Shown here: piece after piece, positions 1 to 10,200 of the stretch
Layout: the number at the start of each line of letters is the position of its first letter
Position numbering within the stretch: position 1 is the stretch's first letter
Source of the DNA: a virus
Virus record (IMG/VR): IMGVR_UViG_3300010400_000004
Coordinates: 10,534-74,533 of that record
Strand: one strand, 5' to 3'
DNA length: 64,000 nt
The notes under the pieces: model-generated
Databases searched by the model: none
Seen by the model: only the letters and a program-made list of their open reading frames with translations
What the model was told of the DNA's origin: nothing
Translations under genes and position numbers: made by a program

Positions 1-501
1 TCTGCAACGGCGGACACTTGGTATTACGTCTGGTTGATTTCGAACGGGACGAACACGAACGGAATTTTTTCCCTCAGTTCGACGACCCCGACACTGCCTG
101 CCGGATACACTTTCAAGGCGTTACTTGGAGCGATTCGGACTGATTCGACGATCGATTTGTTCAAAATCTGGCAGACAGAAAAACGGACGAGTATTCTCAC
201 GACTACCATCGCGAAGGGTCCGGACGGTTTTCAGGATTTTTCAACTCTGGTTCCGCCGATTGCGAAAACGGTTTTCGGTTCAAGCTCTCCCTCTGGCGGA
301 CCGAACGCAAGCGGCGTGCTAACAATTGCTGGTGATGCGAATCTTGTGGGTGGGGTTTCTTCGTTCCTTCAGATTGTCGCTGCGTCTGATACCGCCTGGG
401 CAGGATATTTTGAAGTTCCGTTGATTACTCCCCAGCAGGTTTATGCAACTTTGGCGGGAACGGTGGGAGTCGATTTCAACATCGCTGGATTCGTTCTATG
501 A
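1..501 (+). CDS. Tail fibre/tail protein, C-terminal part (5'-truncated by window)
   Basis: Frame is open from base 1: ADTWYYVWLISNG...SLSSTTPTLPAGYTFKALLGAIRTD resembles a common phage tail-fibre domain. It lies upstream of the ejection-protein block. Confidence 0.6.
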   Translation, partial: SATADTWYYVWLISNGTNTNGIFSLSSTTPTLPAGYTFKALLGAIRTDSTIDLFKIWQTEKRTSILTTTIAKGPDGFQDFSTLVPPIAKTVFGSSSPSGGPNASGVLTIAGDANLVGGVSSFLQIVAASDTAWAGYFEVPLITPQQVYATLAGTVGVDFNIAGFVL

Positions 502-938
502 CGTTAAATGAGCAGCAGATGAGACGCTTTGTCAGCACTGTTCTGGAAGCGAGACCTGACTTGAACGAACGGGAACCGGGCGGATTCGCCAAAATCAACT
601 CGGAGTTTTTGACGGACTGCTGGTCGAAACTAATGGGAATCGGCGCAGGCGTGGCTTATGGCGAAGAAATCGACGGCGAACCGGTTGGGTTCTTGATCGG
701 TAGCCATACGGAAGACGCGATGACCGGTGTTCGGACAGCTTTTGAGTATCTTTTTGTGATGAAACACGGTCATAACGGAATCAACCTTTTGAAAGAATTC
801 GAAGAAGGTGCGAAATTGGATGATTGTAAACAGTGCGTGGTGGGGTGCAATACTGTGTATAAACACGAAGCAGTAGGTTACTGGTGGTCAATGGTTGGAT
901 ATAAACTGTGCTCGCAATCGTTTCAGAAATGGGTATGA
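498..938 (+). CDS. GNAT-family acetyltransferase-like protein
   Basis: GEPVGFLIG...EYLFV...GINLLKEFEEGAK...GY fits the GNAT pattern. A position before internal virion genes is common in podoviruses. Confidence 0.65.
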   Translation: MTLNEQQMRRFVSTVLEARPDLNEREPGGFAKINSEFLTDCWSKLMGIGAGVAYGEEIDGEPVGFLIGSHTEDAMTGVRTAFEYLFVMKHGHNGINLLKEFEEGAKLDDCKQCVVGCNTVYKHEAVGYWWSMVGYKLCSQSFQKWV

Positions 939-1582
939 AGACTTTTTTAATTTATGCTTTGAAAGAACCCGATACTGGAGAGATTCGGTATTTTGGAAAG
1001 ACCTGTCAACGAATCAAAAGTCGATTTAAAGGGCATCTCCACAATAAAGTGAAGTCTCATACTACTAATTGGATCAAAGGATTAAAATTTCAAGGGCAGA
1101 GGCCAGGATACGAAATATTGATGACCGGACTCAATAACGAGGAAGCCTCTGAAGAAGAAATAAATTTGATTTTGTGGGGTAGGAAAACCGGACTGAGATT
1201 GACTAATCAAGCTTTGGGTGGTGACGGGAATCCCGGCTTAAAGCACTCTGAAGAGACCCGGAAAAAAATCAGTCTTAGAAACTCTGGACTAAAGAGAACT
1301 GAAGTTTTTAAACAGAATTTAAGAACCCAAAGGATAGGTTCGGGAAATCCCATGTTTGGAAAGTCCGGAGATTTATCACCTCGCGGCGGCAAAGGAATTT
1401 CCGGATTTTTCGGGGTTACTACCACAAGAGGTTTGAAATGGAGAGCGAGTCTCCATTTTCAAGGTAAAAACATTCACATCGGTTGTTTCAAGACGGCAGA
1501 AGAAGCAGCCCGAGCGTATGATACTGCCGCACTAAAATATTTTGGCGAATTTGCCCGGATCAACTTTCCGGTAACTCGTTGA
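935..1582 (+). CDS. GIY-YIG homing endonuclease with NUMOD3 and AP2 domains
   Basis: IYALKEPDTGEIRYFGKT; HSEETRKKIS; C-terminal KWRASL...IGCFKTAEEAARAYD (AP2). ATGA overlap with the upstream stop. Confidence 0.9.
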   Translation: MKTFLIYALKEPDTGEIRYFGKTCQRIKSRFKGHLHNKVKSHTTNWIKGLKFQGQRPGYEILMTGLNNEEASEEEINLILWGRKTGLRLTNQALGGDGNPGLKHSEETRKKISLRNSGLKRTEVFKQNLRTQRIGSGNPMFGKSGDLSPRGGKGISGFFGVTTTRGLKWRASLHFQGKNIHIGCFKTAEEAARAYDTAALKYFGEFARINFPVTR

Positions 1583-1595
1583 TAGAAAGGCATTT

Positions 1596-2585
1596 ACGGG
1601 CGACATTTTGGGTTTTGTTGGATCGATCGTTAGTTCGCAAATTTCCGCGAAGGCGCAGAAAGACATTGCTAACCGGCAAATCAATGCGCTGGAGCGCCAA
1701 CGGCAATTTGTCTATGACCAGCTCGATCCGTCGCGCTTGCAGCAAGCCGCACTCAAGGGCGACATCGAGAACGTCAAGCAACGCCTGGAGCTTCAGAAGA
1801 AAGTCGATCCAGAACTTTTCAAATTGCGCTTCGGCGCGGAAGCAGGAATCAATGAAGCCCTTAATCAACTTACCAGTGGTGGAGGTGTCGATGTCGAAAA
1901 GCAAGCCGCGAAAGAAGCTCTCGCCGGAACAGATGTCGCTGCCCAGGCGAAACAAAAACTCATCGATGCCGCTTTGGAGCAATTGAGTCTTGGCGCAACT
2001 TTGCCCCCGGATGTCCAGGCGGAGCTGGTGAAGGCCGGTTTGGAGAAGGGCGGTCTCGTGACTGGTGCGGCTGGCCCGAGAGGTGTCGGCGGAACTCTCG
2101 CAAGAACGGTTCTCGGTCAGGGCGGCATTGCGCTCCAGCAGCAACGACAACAAGCCGCTTCAGGATTACTCGGGCGAGCACAAGATTTGGAGACGCAGCG
2201 TTCGCAATTACTCGGGACACTTTTCCCGAACCTAGCGACGACTCAGCTCAACAGATTGAAGGGAACCGAAGGTGCCCTAGCATTTTCTAATGAGATGACA
2301 CCGAACGCGGGACTGAGTGGAAAAGACATTGTAAATCTTTGGCTCAGTCGTGTTGGTGCGAACAGCTCTCTCGAATCTCAGAAAACTCAAGCCGATTACC
2401 TGGGGGGTATCAACCGGGCAGCGGCGTTGCAACAAGGATACGGAGCTGCGACTTCTTATGCGGCGAATGGGGTTCCGAATACAGCTAGTTTTTTCAAAAC
2501 AAATACTGATACTAGCTCATACCCGGTGTCTAAAGATATTGTGACTCGAAATCCTACCCCTAACAATTATTATCCAGTTGGATAG
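1596..2585 (+). CDS. Internal virion/ejection (pilot-like) protein; start probably ACG at 1596 (alternative TTG at 1608)
   Basis: Gly/Ala/Gln-rich protein with an N-terminal GDILGFVGSIVS segment. GAAAGG lies 5 nt before the ACG. Confidence 0.6.
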   Translation, partial: TGDILGFVGSIVSSQISAKAQKDIANRQINALERQRQFVYDQLDPSRLQQAALKGDIENVKQRLELQKKVDPELFKLRFGAEAGINEALNQLTSGGGVDVEKQAAKEALAGTDVAAQAKQKLIDAALEQLSLGATLPPDVQAELVKAGLEKGGLVTGAAGPRGVGGTLARTVLGQGGIALQQQRQQAASGLLGRAQDLETQRSQLLGTLFPNLATTQLNRLKGTEGALAFSNEMTPNAGLSGKDIVNLWLSRVGANSSLESQKTQADYLGGINRAAALQQGYGAATSYAANGVPNTASFFKTNTDTSSYPVSKDIVTRNPTPNNYYPVG

Positions 2586-2714
2586 TATGAAAAACGCAAG
2601 GGCCGAGATTAAAAACGTGGCGAGCGTCTCGATAAATTCGGGACAAACCGCGAAACCGGACACCTCAGTTCAGATTTATGGACTGAAGAAACTTTTGAAA
2701 CAACCGAAATAAAT

Positions 2715-4238
2715 ATGGCAGCGATCGGGCAGGAACCAGACGTGCAGCTTAGACCGGAACTATCGACGAACCGGACGCCGATTGATTTTAACGTGGAGCA
2801 GAATGCGGTAGCTCAACTCTCCGACGCTTTTCGTAAAGGAGTTGTCACGGCTGACGACCTCATTGAGCGTTATGGCACACTAGCAAAGACGAAAGAGAAA
2901 GCGCAAATCCAGGGTCTCGATGAGTTTTTGTCACCCGAAGCAATCCAAGCTCGCCAGCAACAAACCGCTTTGATGGGATCGAAAGCGAAACAAGAAATCG
3001 CTCTTGCCCCTGCTGAGGAAGCGGCCAAGAAAGCTACGTATGAAGCAACTCGAATCGCTGCCGAACAGGGCGATAATGCTTCGGTTCGAAAAATTGCGAT
3101 CGAAAACGGTTTTGGTGGGAATCTTTCTCCCTATTCGGCAGTCAATAAAGATCAAGATTTGAAGGCTTATCAAGACGCGGTAGCGTATAAAGCGGCAGTT
3201 TCCGGGGCTATCGAACTCGGAAAAGATGTTGACCGGCGCGAGCATGTTCAAGATGTTACCAAGGGCGGAATTCAAACAATTACGAAAGATTCATCGAAGG
3301 ATACTCTCGCAAGTAAAACCTCCGGACACGATTATACGAAAGAAGAAACCGGTAAAGCGGCTGCACTCGCCCGAATGACCCCGCAACAATGGATTGCTGA
3401 AGGACGGCCCACACTCGGTCAATATGTTTACGGGGTAAAACCAACAGAACAACCGGCGAATAAACCGGACAAAGTTGTTCAACCTGTTTCGGAATTAGTC
3501 ACCCCTCGGGTGACAACGGAGACCACGACTTATGGCGCGGACGGTTCTCGAACGGTGACTAAAAAAGTCGTCGATCCGACAGAACATCCTGATTTGCCGT
3601 TGCCGGATAATGTGACTACCTCTAAAGAGGTGGATAAACCGATGACCGCCGATGACAAAGGAAAAATTCTCGGTCAGGTTCGAACCGCCGATGAAATGGC
3701 GGAGAAAATCAATGCTGCCCAGGCAATCGTTCACGATGAAGCTCTTCAAGCAGTCGGACCGGGGGCACTTCAGGGGACTCGTATTGCTCAGACTTTGAAT
3801 AAAGTGGGGGCCGCTTTTGGTAGTGATATCGCCGTCAAAAAAGCCGAGGCACAAAACCAACTCGATCAGTTCATCGCACAGAGTATTCAGAACACGATTC
3901 GATCGATGGCTGGTTCCGGAAACAGAGTCATGCAAGCTGAAATTGATCCTCACACCGGTTTGTTCACTCGTGCAAATCCAACAATGTCCAGCACACCGGC
4001 AACCTGGGATAAATGGTTTGGCGAAATGAGAGATTTATTTTCTCGCGCACGGGAAGATTCTGTAAGTTTGTTACCCGATGAATTGAAGGGCAATGTTCCG
4101 AAGGCACCAGTTCCAGTAATTCCCAAAGGAGTCGGGGCGGAAACAAACCCTTCGGCTGCTCCTTCCAAGGTCGTGAACATTCCCGGCATTGGTAAAGGAC
4201 ATTACGACCCGGTAAAGAAGAAATTCATCGTTGAATAA
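2715..4238 (+). CDS. Internal virion/ejection protein
   Basis: 507-aa helical Ala/Gln/Lys-rich ORF between the pilot-like gene and the giant protein. Assigned from synteny. Confidence 0.5.
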   Translation: MAAIGQEPDVQLRPELSTNRTPIDFNVEQNAVAQLSDAFRKGVVTADDLIERYGTLAKTKEKAQIQGLDEFLSPEAIQARQQQTALMGSKAKQEIALAPAEEAAKKATYEATRIAAEQGDNASVRKIAIENGFGGNLSPYSAVNKDQDLKAYQDAVAYKAAVSGAIELGKDVDRREHVQDVTKGGIQTITKDSSKDTLASKTSGHDYTKEETGKAAALARMTPQQWIAEGRPTLGQYVYGVKPTEQPANKPDKVVQPVSELVTPRVTTETTTYGADGSRTVTKKVVDPTEHPDLPLPDNVTTSKEVDKPMTADDKGKILGQVRTADEMAEKINAAQAIVHDEALQAVGPGALQGTRIAQTLNKVGAAFGSDIAVKKAEAQNQLDQFIAQSIQNTIRSMAGSGNRVMQAEIDPHTGLFTRANPTMSSTPATWDKWFGEMRDLFSRAREDSVSLLPDELKGNVPKAPVPVIPKGVGAETNPSAAPSKVVNIPGIGKGHYDPVKKKFIVE

Positions 4239-7200
4239 TGCCAACGACCCTCGAAAGTCTCGATCTCGAACAGAGGTTGTCTCGCCCGAAACAACCTCTT
4301 TTCGATCCTACCCAGGTTGTCGGCTCAGAACCCGTGGAAGACACCACGGTTTCTGCACTCAGAGCACAACCAATTCCGGACCTGAAGGGCTATATCGATC
4401 CTGCCGATTTGGAGCAGGGTCCGCCAGCTCCGCCTCCCGAACCACCAAAACCGGGCGATGAGGTTGATCTAACGCCTGAACAACTCGCGGAGTATCGAAA
4501 GCAAACCGGGGAACTCGATCCGCTTCTCGATTTCACCCCCGAGCAACTCGCCCAAATCGAAATCAACGATCCGGAGGGCGGAAATTTGCGACGGATGTAT
4601 ATGGATCGACCAGACCTGATTGGTGATCCGGACACAATCAAGAAACTCGCCCAGGCGAATAAACTCGTTCACGCGAGGCACGAAATTCCGACTGCGGGAT
4701 TGCCGCCCGAGGTTGCCCTTGGTGCTCGTGTTGTCGGTCTCGGAGAGACGGCGATCGAGGCGGCGAAGCACATGCACCCGCTCAAGGCGGCGAAAGATTT
4801 TGCCGTGGGTGTGGCGAAGTATGCGAAGAATGCGATTCAGGGAATAGCTAGTCCGTTTGTGCCTGAGGAAACCCAGCAAGAATATCGACAAAAGGCGGCG
4901 GAGAACCTTGCTGCGTCTGAATTGGCAGTTACCGGACTTGCTGGTGGTGTTCGGACGGCGGCACACAAAGCCGCTCAGGTTGCCGGAATTGCAAAACCGT
5001 ATTCAGAACTAACCGACCACGAAGCAACCGACCTTTTCTTTTCCGATTTAACAAAGGAAGCGGAACGTCAAAGAATCGTGACCGGCAAAGGCGCTATCAC
5101 ACAGCAAATCGCCGGTCCGGTGATTGAGGAACTGGCGCAAGCAGGCAAACCGATCAGGCCGGAAGAGGTTTCTCAACTTGCGGCTGGTGATCCATTCACT
5201 TTTTATGCTTTCGCAAAAGGATTCGGCGCGGCTGGGAGTCTGGTTCCTGCCGAAGCGAAAGCAGTATTGAACGATGCCGCTACCTGGGTTGGCGAAGTCA
5301 GCGCGGAGTCTGCCGGAACCGCGCTTGAAGGAATCGGCGCGGCTGCTAAGAATCTCGCGAAGCCGATTGAAGTTGTTTCTCGACAACCGAGCAGATTTTT
5401 CAAGACTGGAATCAGTGGTGGACTTTCCAAAATCGCAAAAGAAGTTGGGAAAAGAGTCCCAGGTGCCGCCGAAGGAGTTGAACAAATCGGAAAAGAGATT
5501 CGCCTGGGTGAACGCGCACCATTAGAAAATTACGGTGGAATCGTCAGTGACTCCGCCCAATTTGTTCGGGACGCAATCGAAGCGACTCCCGGTGCTGCTG
5601 GCCATGTTGCGGCAGGCGGACTTTTCGATGTATCGACGGCGGCAGTAATGTCGGAATTTCCCGAGGAAGAACGAGGAACTGGCATCGGTCTCGCGTTCGG
5701 GTTACTCGGTGCGGGTCGCGGACTTGCGGGACGAGTTATCAGCGGTCAGGAAATTGCGCCTCGCAATTGGGGAACCAAAACGCAGATACCAACCAGCGGA
5801 CCTTTCAAGGGAAGCGCGTTCGATCAACAACATGAGGGAGCTTATCGCGGGGCAGCTCCAGCAGTGAAACAGCGAATCAACGCAGTGCGGGAATTTCTTC
5901 GAACTGCCGCGCCCGGAGTTGATTTGTTTTATGTCCCCGATAAAGCTACGTTTAAACAGTCTCTCATCGACCAGGGAGTTTCGGAAGCAGACGCGGAACT
6001 TTGGTCAAGTTCTCAAGGTCTTTCGCTCCGAGACTTGAATGGAAAACCGGTTGCTTTTGCCGCCAACATTGACGCAGCTCCACACGAGTCTTTTCATCCG
6101 TTCCAAGATGTCATAGGAAAACAAGCCAACGACGCCCTCAATCAAAAAGTGTTGTCAGCTTACACCGAGGCAGAGATAAATCAACGCGGAGCAACCGATG
6201 CGAAGAATCTCGGATGGGACGGCAAAGGCGATTACCGGGATTTTCTTCTCGACGTGACTGGAGAAGGCTACGCGCAAGCAATCGATTCTCTCACGCAAGA
6301 AGCCGCGAGAATCATTGAATTTTCTACAGGTCAGAAGGCGACTCCTGCTGATGCTAAGGCCCAGGCAATGCAGATGTTCAACGATGCAATGACTGAGGCG
6401 ACGAGCAAAAATCCAGGTGTGTCGCCTGAAGCGATCCGTCGAAATGTGTGGCGGGGTCTGCTTACTGAAGAGCAGCAAAAAGCGGCAGCGAATAACTACA
6501 TTGCAAACGAAATTTCCGCCGATACTTGGTCAGCCGTTTTCAAGCACGGAAAAGACCCGAAAGGATTGGTGAGGCGGTTTGCGAAGGTCGCAAGCACTTT
6601 CGTTCAATTACTCGGTGGTGAACCTCTCGAAGGACGATTCGAAGATTACACACCACTCCGCAAAAAAGCGGTTGAAGCGGTGCGTGAAGCGGCCAGAGCC
6701 AGAACGGAGCAACCACCGAAACTTTTCGGTGAAGAACCGACAGTGACGCCGAAGATTCCGGAAGCACCTGTTGCACCTCGGGCACCGTCACCATCACCAG
6801 TTTCGCCTCCAGGCACTCCTGAGGAAGAAGCGAAGATTACTAAAGACGTTGCTGCTACCGCTCCGGAAACTCCAACTGGTCCGGAAGTAAATGCTCAATC
6901 TCAGCGGGATATTCTCGGAACAATGGCGGAAGCGAAGGCAGGCAATTACGGAGTGAAAATCACTCGCCGTGCCGCTCCAGGCACTCCAGCAGGCGCAATT
7001 GAAGTCAGCCGGGGACGCCGCCGAGAACAGATTGAGACTGCCCGGGGAATTCCGGACGATCAAAAGCCGCTTTGGGAGAAAAATTTTACGCCGGTCAAGA
7101 CGGTAAAACTGAATGACGGCAGCATTCAAGAGCAAGGCTGGTCGCCGGAAGTTCTCGCTGCGAATGCGGAGAAAGTCGCGAAGTTTTTGGCCGTCGCTGA

Positions 7201-10200
7201 TCCGGCGTTATCGCCTTTCGAAATAGATCGAACAAAAGGCACTTTTACCCCTGAAGGATGGAAACAGCTTTTCGACAAAGTAAATGTCTTCGCTGGAAAT
7301 CAAGCTGCCGGTCTGACAGGCAAAGGCACTCCGCTCGCAATCGGCAAAGCGCGTGCATTCGGATTTTTCGAACCGACCGGCAATCGAGTGCCTGTAGGTA
7401 GCTTAACCGACGCAGAGATGAATTTCATCAACTATTTGTTCGGTTATCCACTCCCGGGTGAAGGTAAACCGACCGTGGCAAGAGGCGGCAGCAAACAATA
7501 CGGCGTGCAACTCATCTCCGAGGCAACTGAACCCGGCAGGGCTTTGCCCTTGGTTGAGCCGAGAACTTTCGCAAGCAAAGAAGCGGAGAGACTCGGTTTC
7601 GCTGGCAAGCAAGTCCTCGAAGTGAATCCGCTTCGCGCAGAAATTGAAGCGACTGCTCGGGCGACTGGAAACACCGCGCCGTCGCTTATTGAGGCTTGGC
7701 AAAACCTCAACTTGCGTGACATTGTTAGGGCGGACGTTGCTCCTGAGTTGCCAGCGGTTCGACCTGTGGGAGTCACGCTTCGGGCCGGATTCAAACCCCG
7801 CGATTTGGTTACTCCAAAGATTGAAAAAGAACTCTTGGAATCGAAAGTTAGATTCGAAGACGGAACTTTGAAACCCGTATTTCACGGGACCGTTTCTAGT
7901 TTTGACTTGAAAGATTTTGATACAAGTGGATTCAGAGCACATTTCGGAGCGCCGGGTCCAGCAGCCGCGAGAACAATAGGACCACTGAGTAGCAGAACTA
8001 CGGGGGCAGTTCAATCTACCGAAGGATCACAAACTATTCCCGTATTTTTAGACATCCGAAATCCGTTGAAACTGGATGATGCGGCTAACTGGAATAATGC
8101 TTTAGATGTGGTTCGGGCTTTAGAAAAAGAAACAAGCGGCAAATTAAAACTACCCCGTAAATTACGAGACAGACAAGTAGGAAATCGATTAAACGATTTA
8201 TCGGATAAACTTTTTAGAGAAAAGCAAGAATCAGGTGTGAGAGAAGAGGACATCGGGGAAGCCTCGTATTTAGAGGCCAACAAAATAGTTATCGATGAAA
8301 TAAAACAACTGTTGAAAGATCAAGGATATGATGGAATCGAATATGAAAACGCTTTTGAAGTCGGTCCCCGGGTGGCACCCGATTATAGCCGAGTAGGTGA
8401 AGAATTTGAAAAGGATTACGGAGACACCTCTTACATACCCTTTTCAAACGATCAGATCAAATCTGCGGTTTCCTTTAAACCTGCCGAACGCAAAGAAATC
8501 GAAATCACTGGTCCAGACGGCAAGCGATACAAAGCGATGTTCGACGGTTATCAGGATTTTTCCGTAACCGGGCGCGGTCTTCAGCCTCAAATCACGGCTC
8601 TCGAAAACATACCGGGTGTTACTACTGCGAAATCGACTACTTACGGGGTCACGTTGGAGAAAGCTGGCTTTACACTACCGGAATTGCCTTCGCCTGAGGT
8701 TGCTTTCAAACCGCCTCGAAGAACGGAGGATTTTGGAACGATTGAAAAACAATTCGCCTTGGAGCACCCGAATAATGCGGGGTCTCGATTTGTGGATGAG
8801 TTTTCGAAGATTCATCAAAAAGATGAAGAACTTCGACGCTTGATGAAGGACGTGTATTTTAAAACACCGGAAGAATCAGATGATTTATATGATCAAGCTA
8901 AAGATGTTCAAAAATCTCTTACGAAACCTTCTAATGTGGCCGAGGCAAAACTCGGGGGATACATACAGGATCGTTATCCAGAACTGGTTAAAGAATCGAA
9001 ACTGGCCAACGATTACTTCGAACAGTTATTGACAACCAAAGAGCAAGACATCCCAAGAATGCCTCTTATTGTTCAGGCAAAAGAAGGTTTCGCGATAGGA
9101 AAAATAGTTCAGGAAGGTCACGACGCCCATGAAGCGCAGCGATTCCTCGATGACTGGCGCGATGAGGGATACGCTGAAGTGAAAAGTGAAAACCCAGCCC
9201 TGGCGCGTTGGATCGATGACAATTTGTTCTCGGGTAGCGGAAAAAACGCAGCTACAGAGGGCGTGGCATTCAAACCAAAGTCGAAACCCAATGCCGCCGA
9301 TGAGGATTTCGATGCGGTTCATTACAGCTCCAATGCCGGTCTTCGGACAGTCGATCCGAGTTTCTTCGGCAAAGGAAAGGCTACTCCCGCCGATCTGAGG
9401 GGCGGACCGAAATCATATTTTTTCGTAAAAGGTAGTGACTTTGGTCAAGATGCTGCTATATTCAAGGATGCTGGTTTGCATGAACACGAGGTTCGGATTA
9501 AAGGCTCTGATCTCTACGATCTTCGAACCGGAAAGCCGGATGATCTCGGTTGGCGGAAGACGGTTAATCGAGAAGAGGCCGATGATTTGGTCAAGGAAGC
9601 TGGATACAAGGGCATTGTTCTCGATACGGCAGACGGTAGGCAGGTAATCGCTATGTTTGAACCGGTCAAAGTCAAAAAACCGGCACCAGTGCAATTTTCT
9701 CCGATGCCCGCGAATCCTCGCGCAATCAAACAAGCTGCGGTGCGCGACGAGAAAACCGGCGAGGTTCATGTCGGGATGTTGCATCCATCCATTGTAAACG
9801 ATCTCATACAAAAATCAGTTGCAGAAGGAAAATATCACGAAGGAATAACTGATAATCTTGTAGATGGTTTTGTAACAAATGACGGAGAATTTCTCACCCG
9901 TGATGAGGCTTTCGACCGGGCAATAGAACTTGACCAAGTATCAGAAAAAGATTTCAAACTGAGGAATTCCTGGTTGGAAAGTCGAGCCTTCGCTGCGGAA
10001 CGAAAATTCAAACCGAAACAAATCGAGCCGCCGACCCAGGCCGAATTCGACGACCCGGACACGATCAAGGACGCACTCGCCAAACCGGGCTGGGCAATAC
10101 TTACCGGCACTCGGGAGAAAATCGACGGAAAAGAAGTGCCTTTCGATCATCCGGAGAACCTGAAGGCGAATGAAGAGCTGAAGGCGGACATGGATGCTCA

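Noticed and set aside
935-1595. Group I intron around the GIY-YIG gene
   Set aside because: There is almost no non-coding flank to form an intron core, and no P7-like motifs were seen. The same holds for the other endonucleases.
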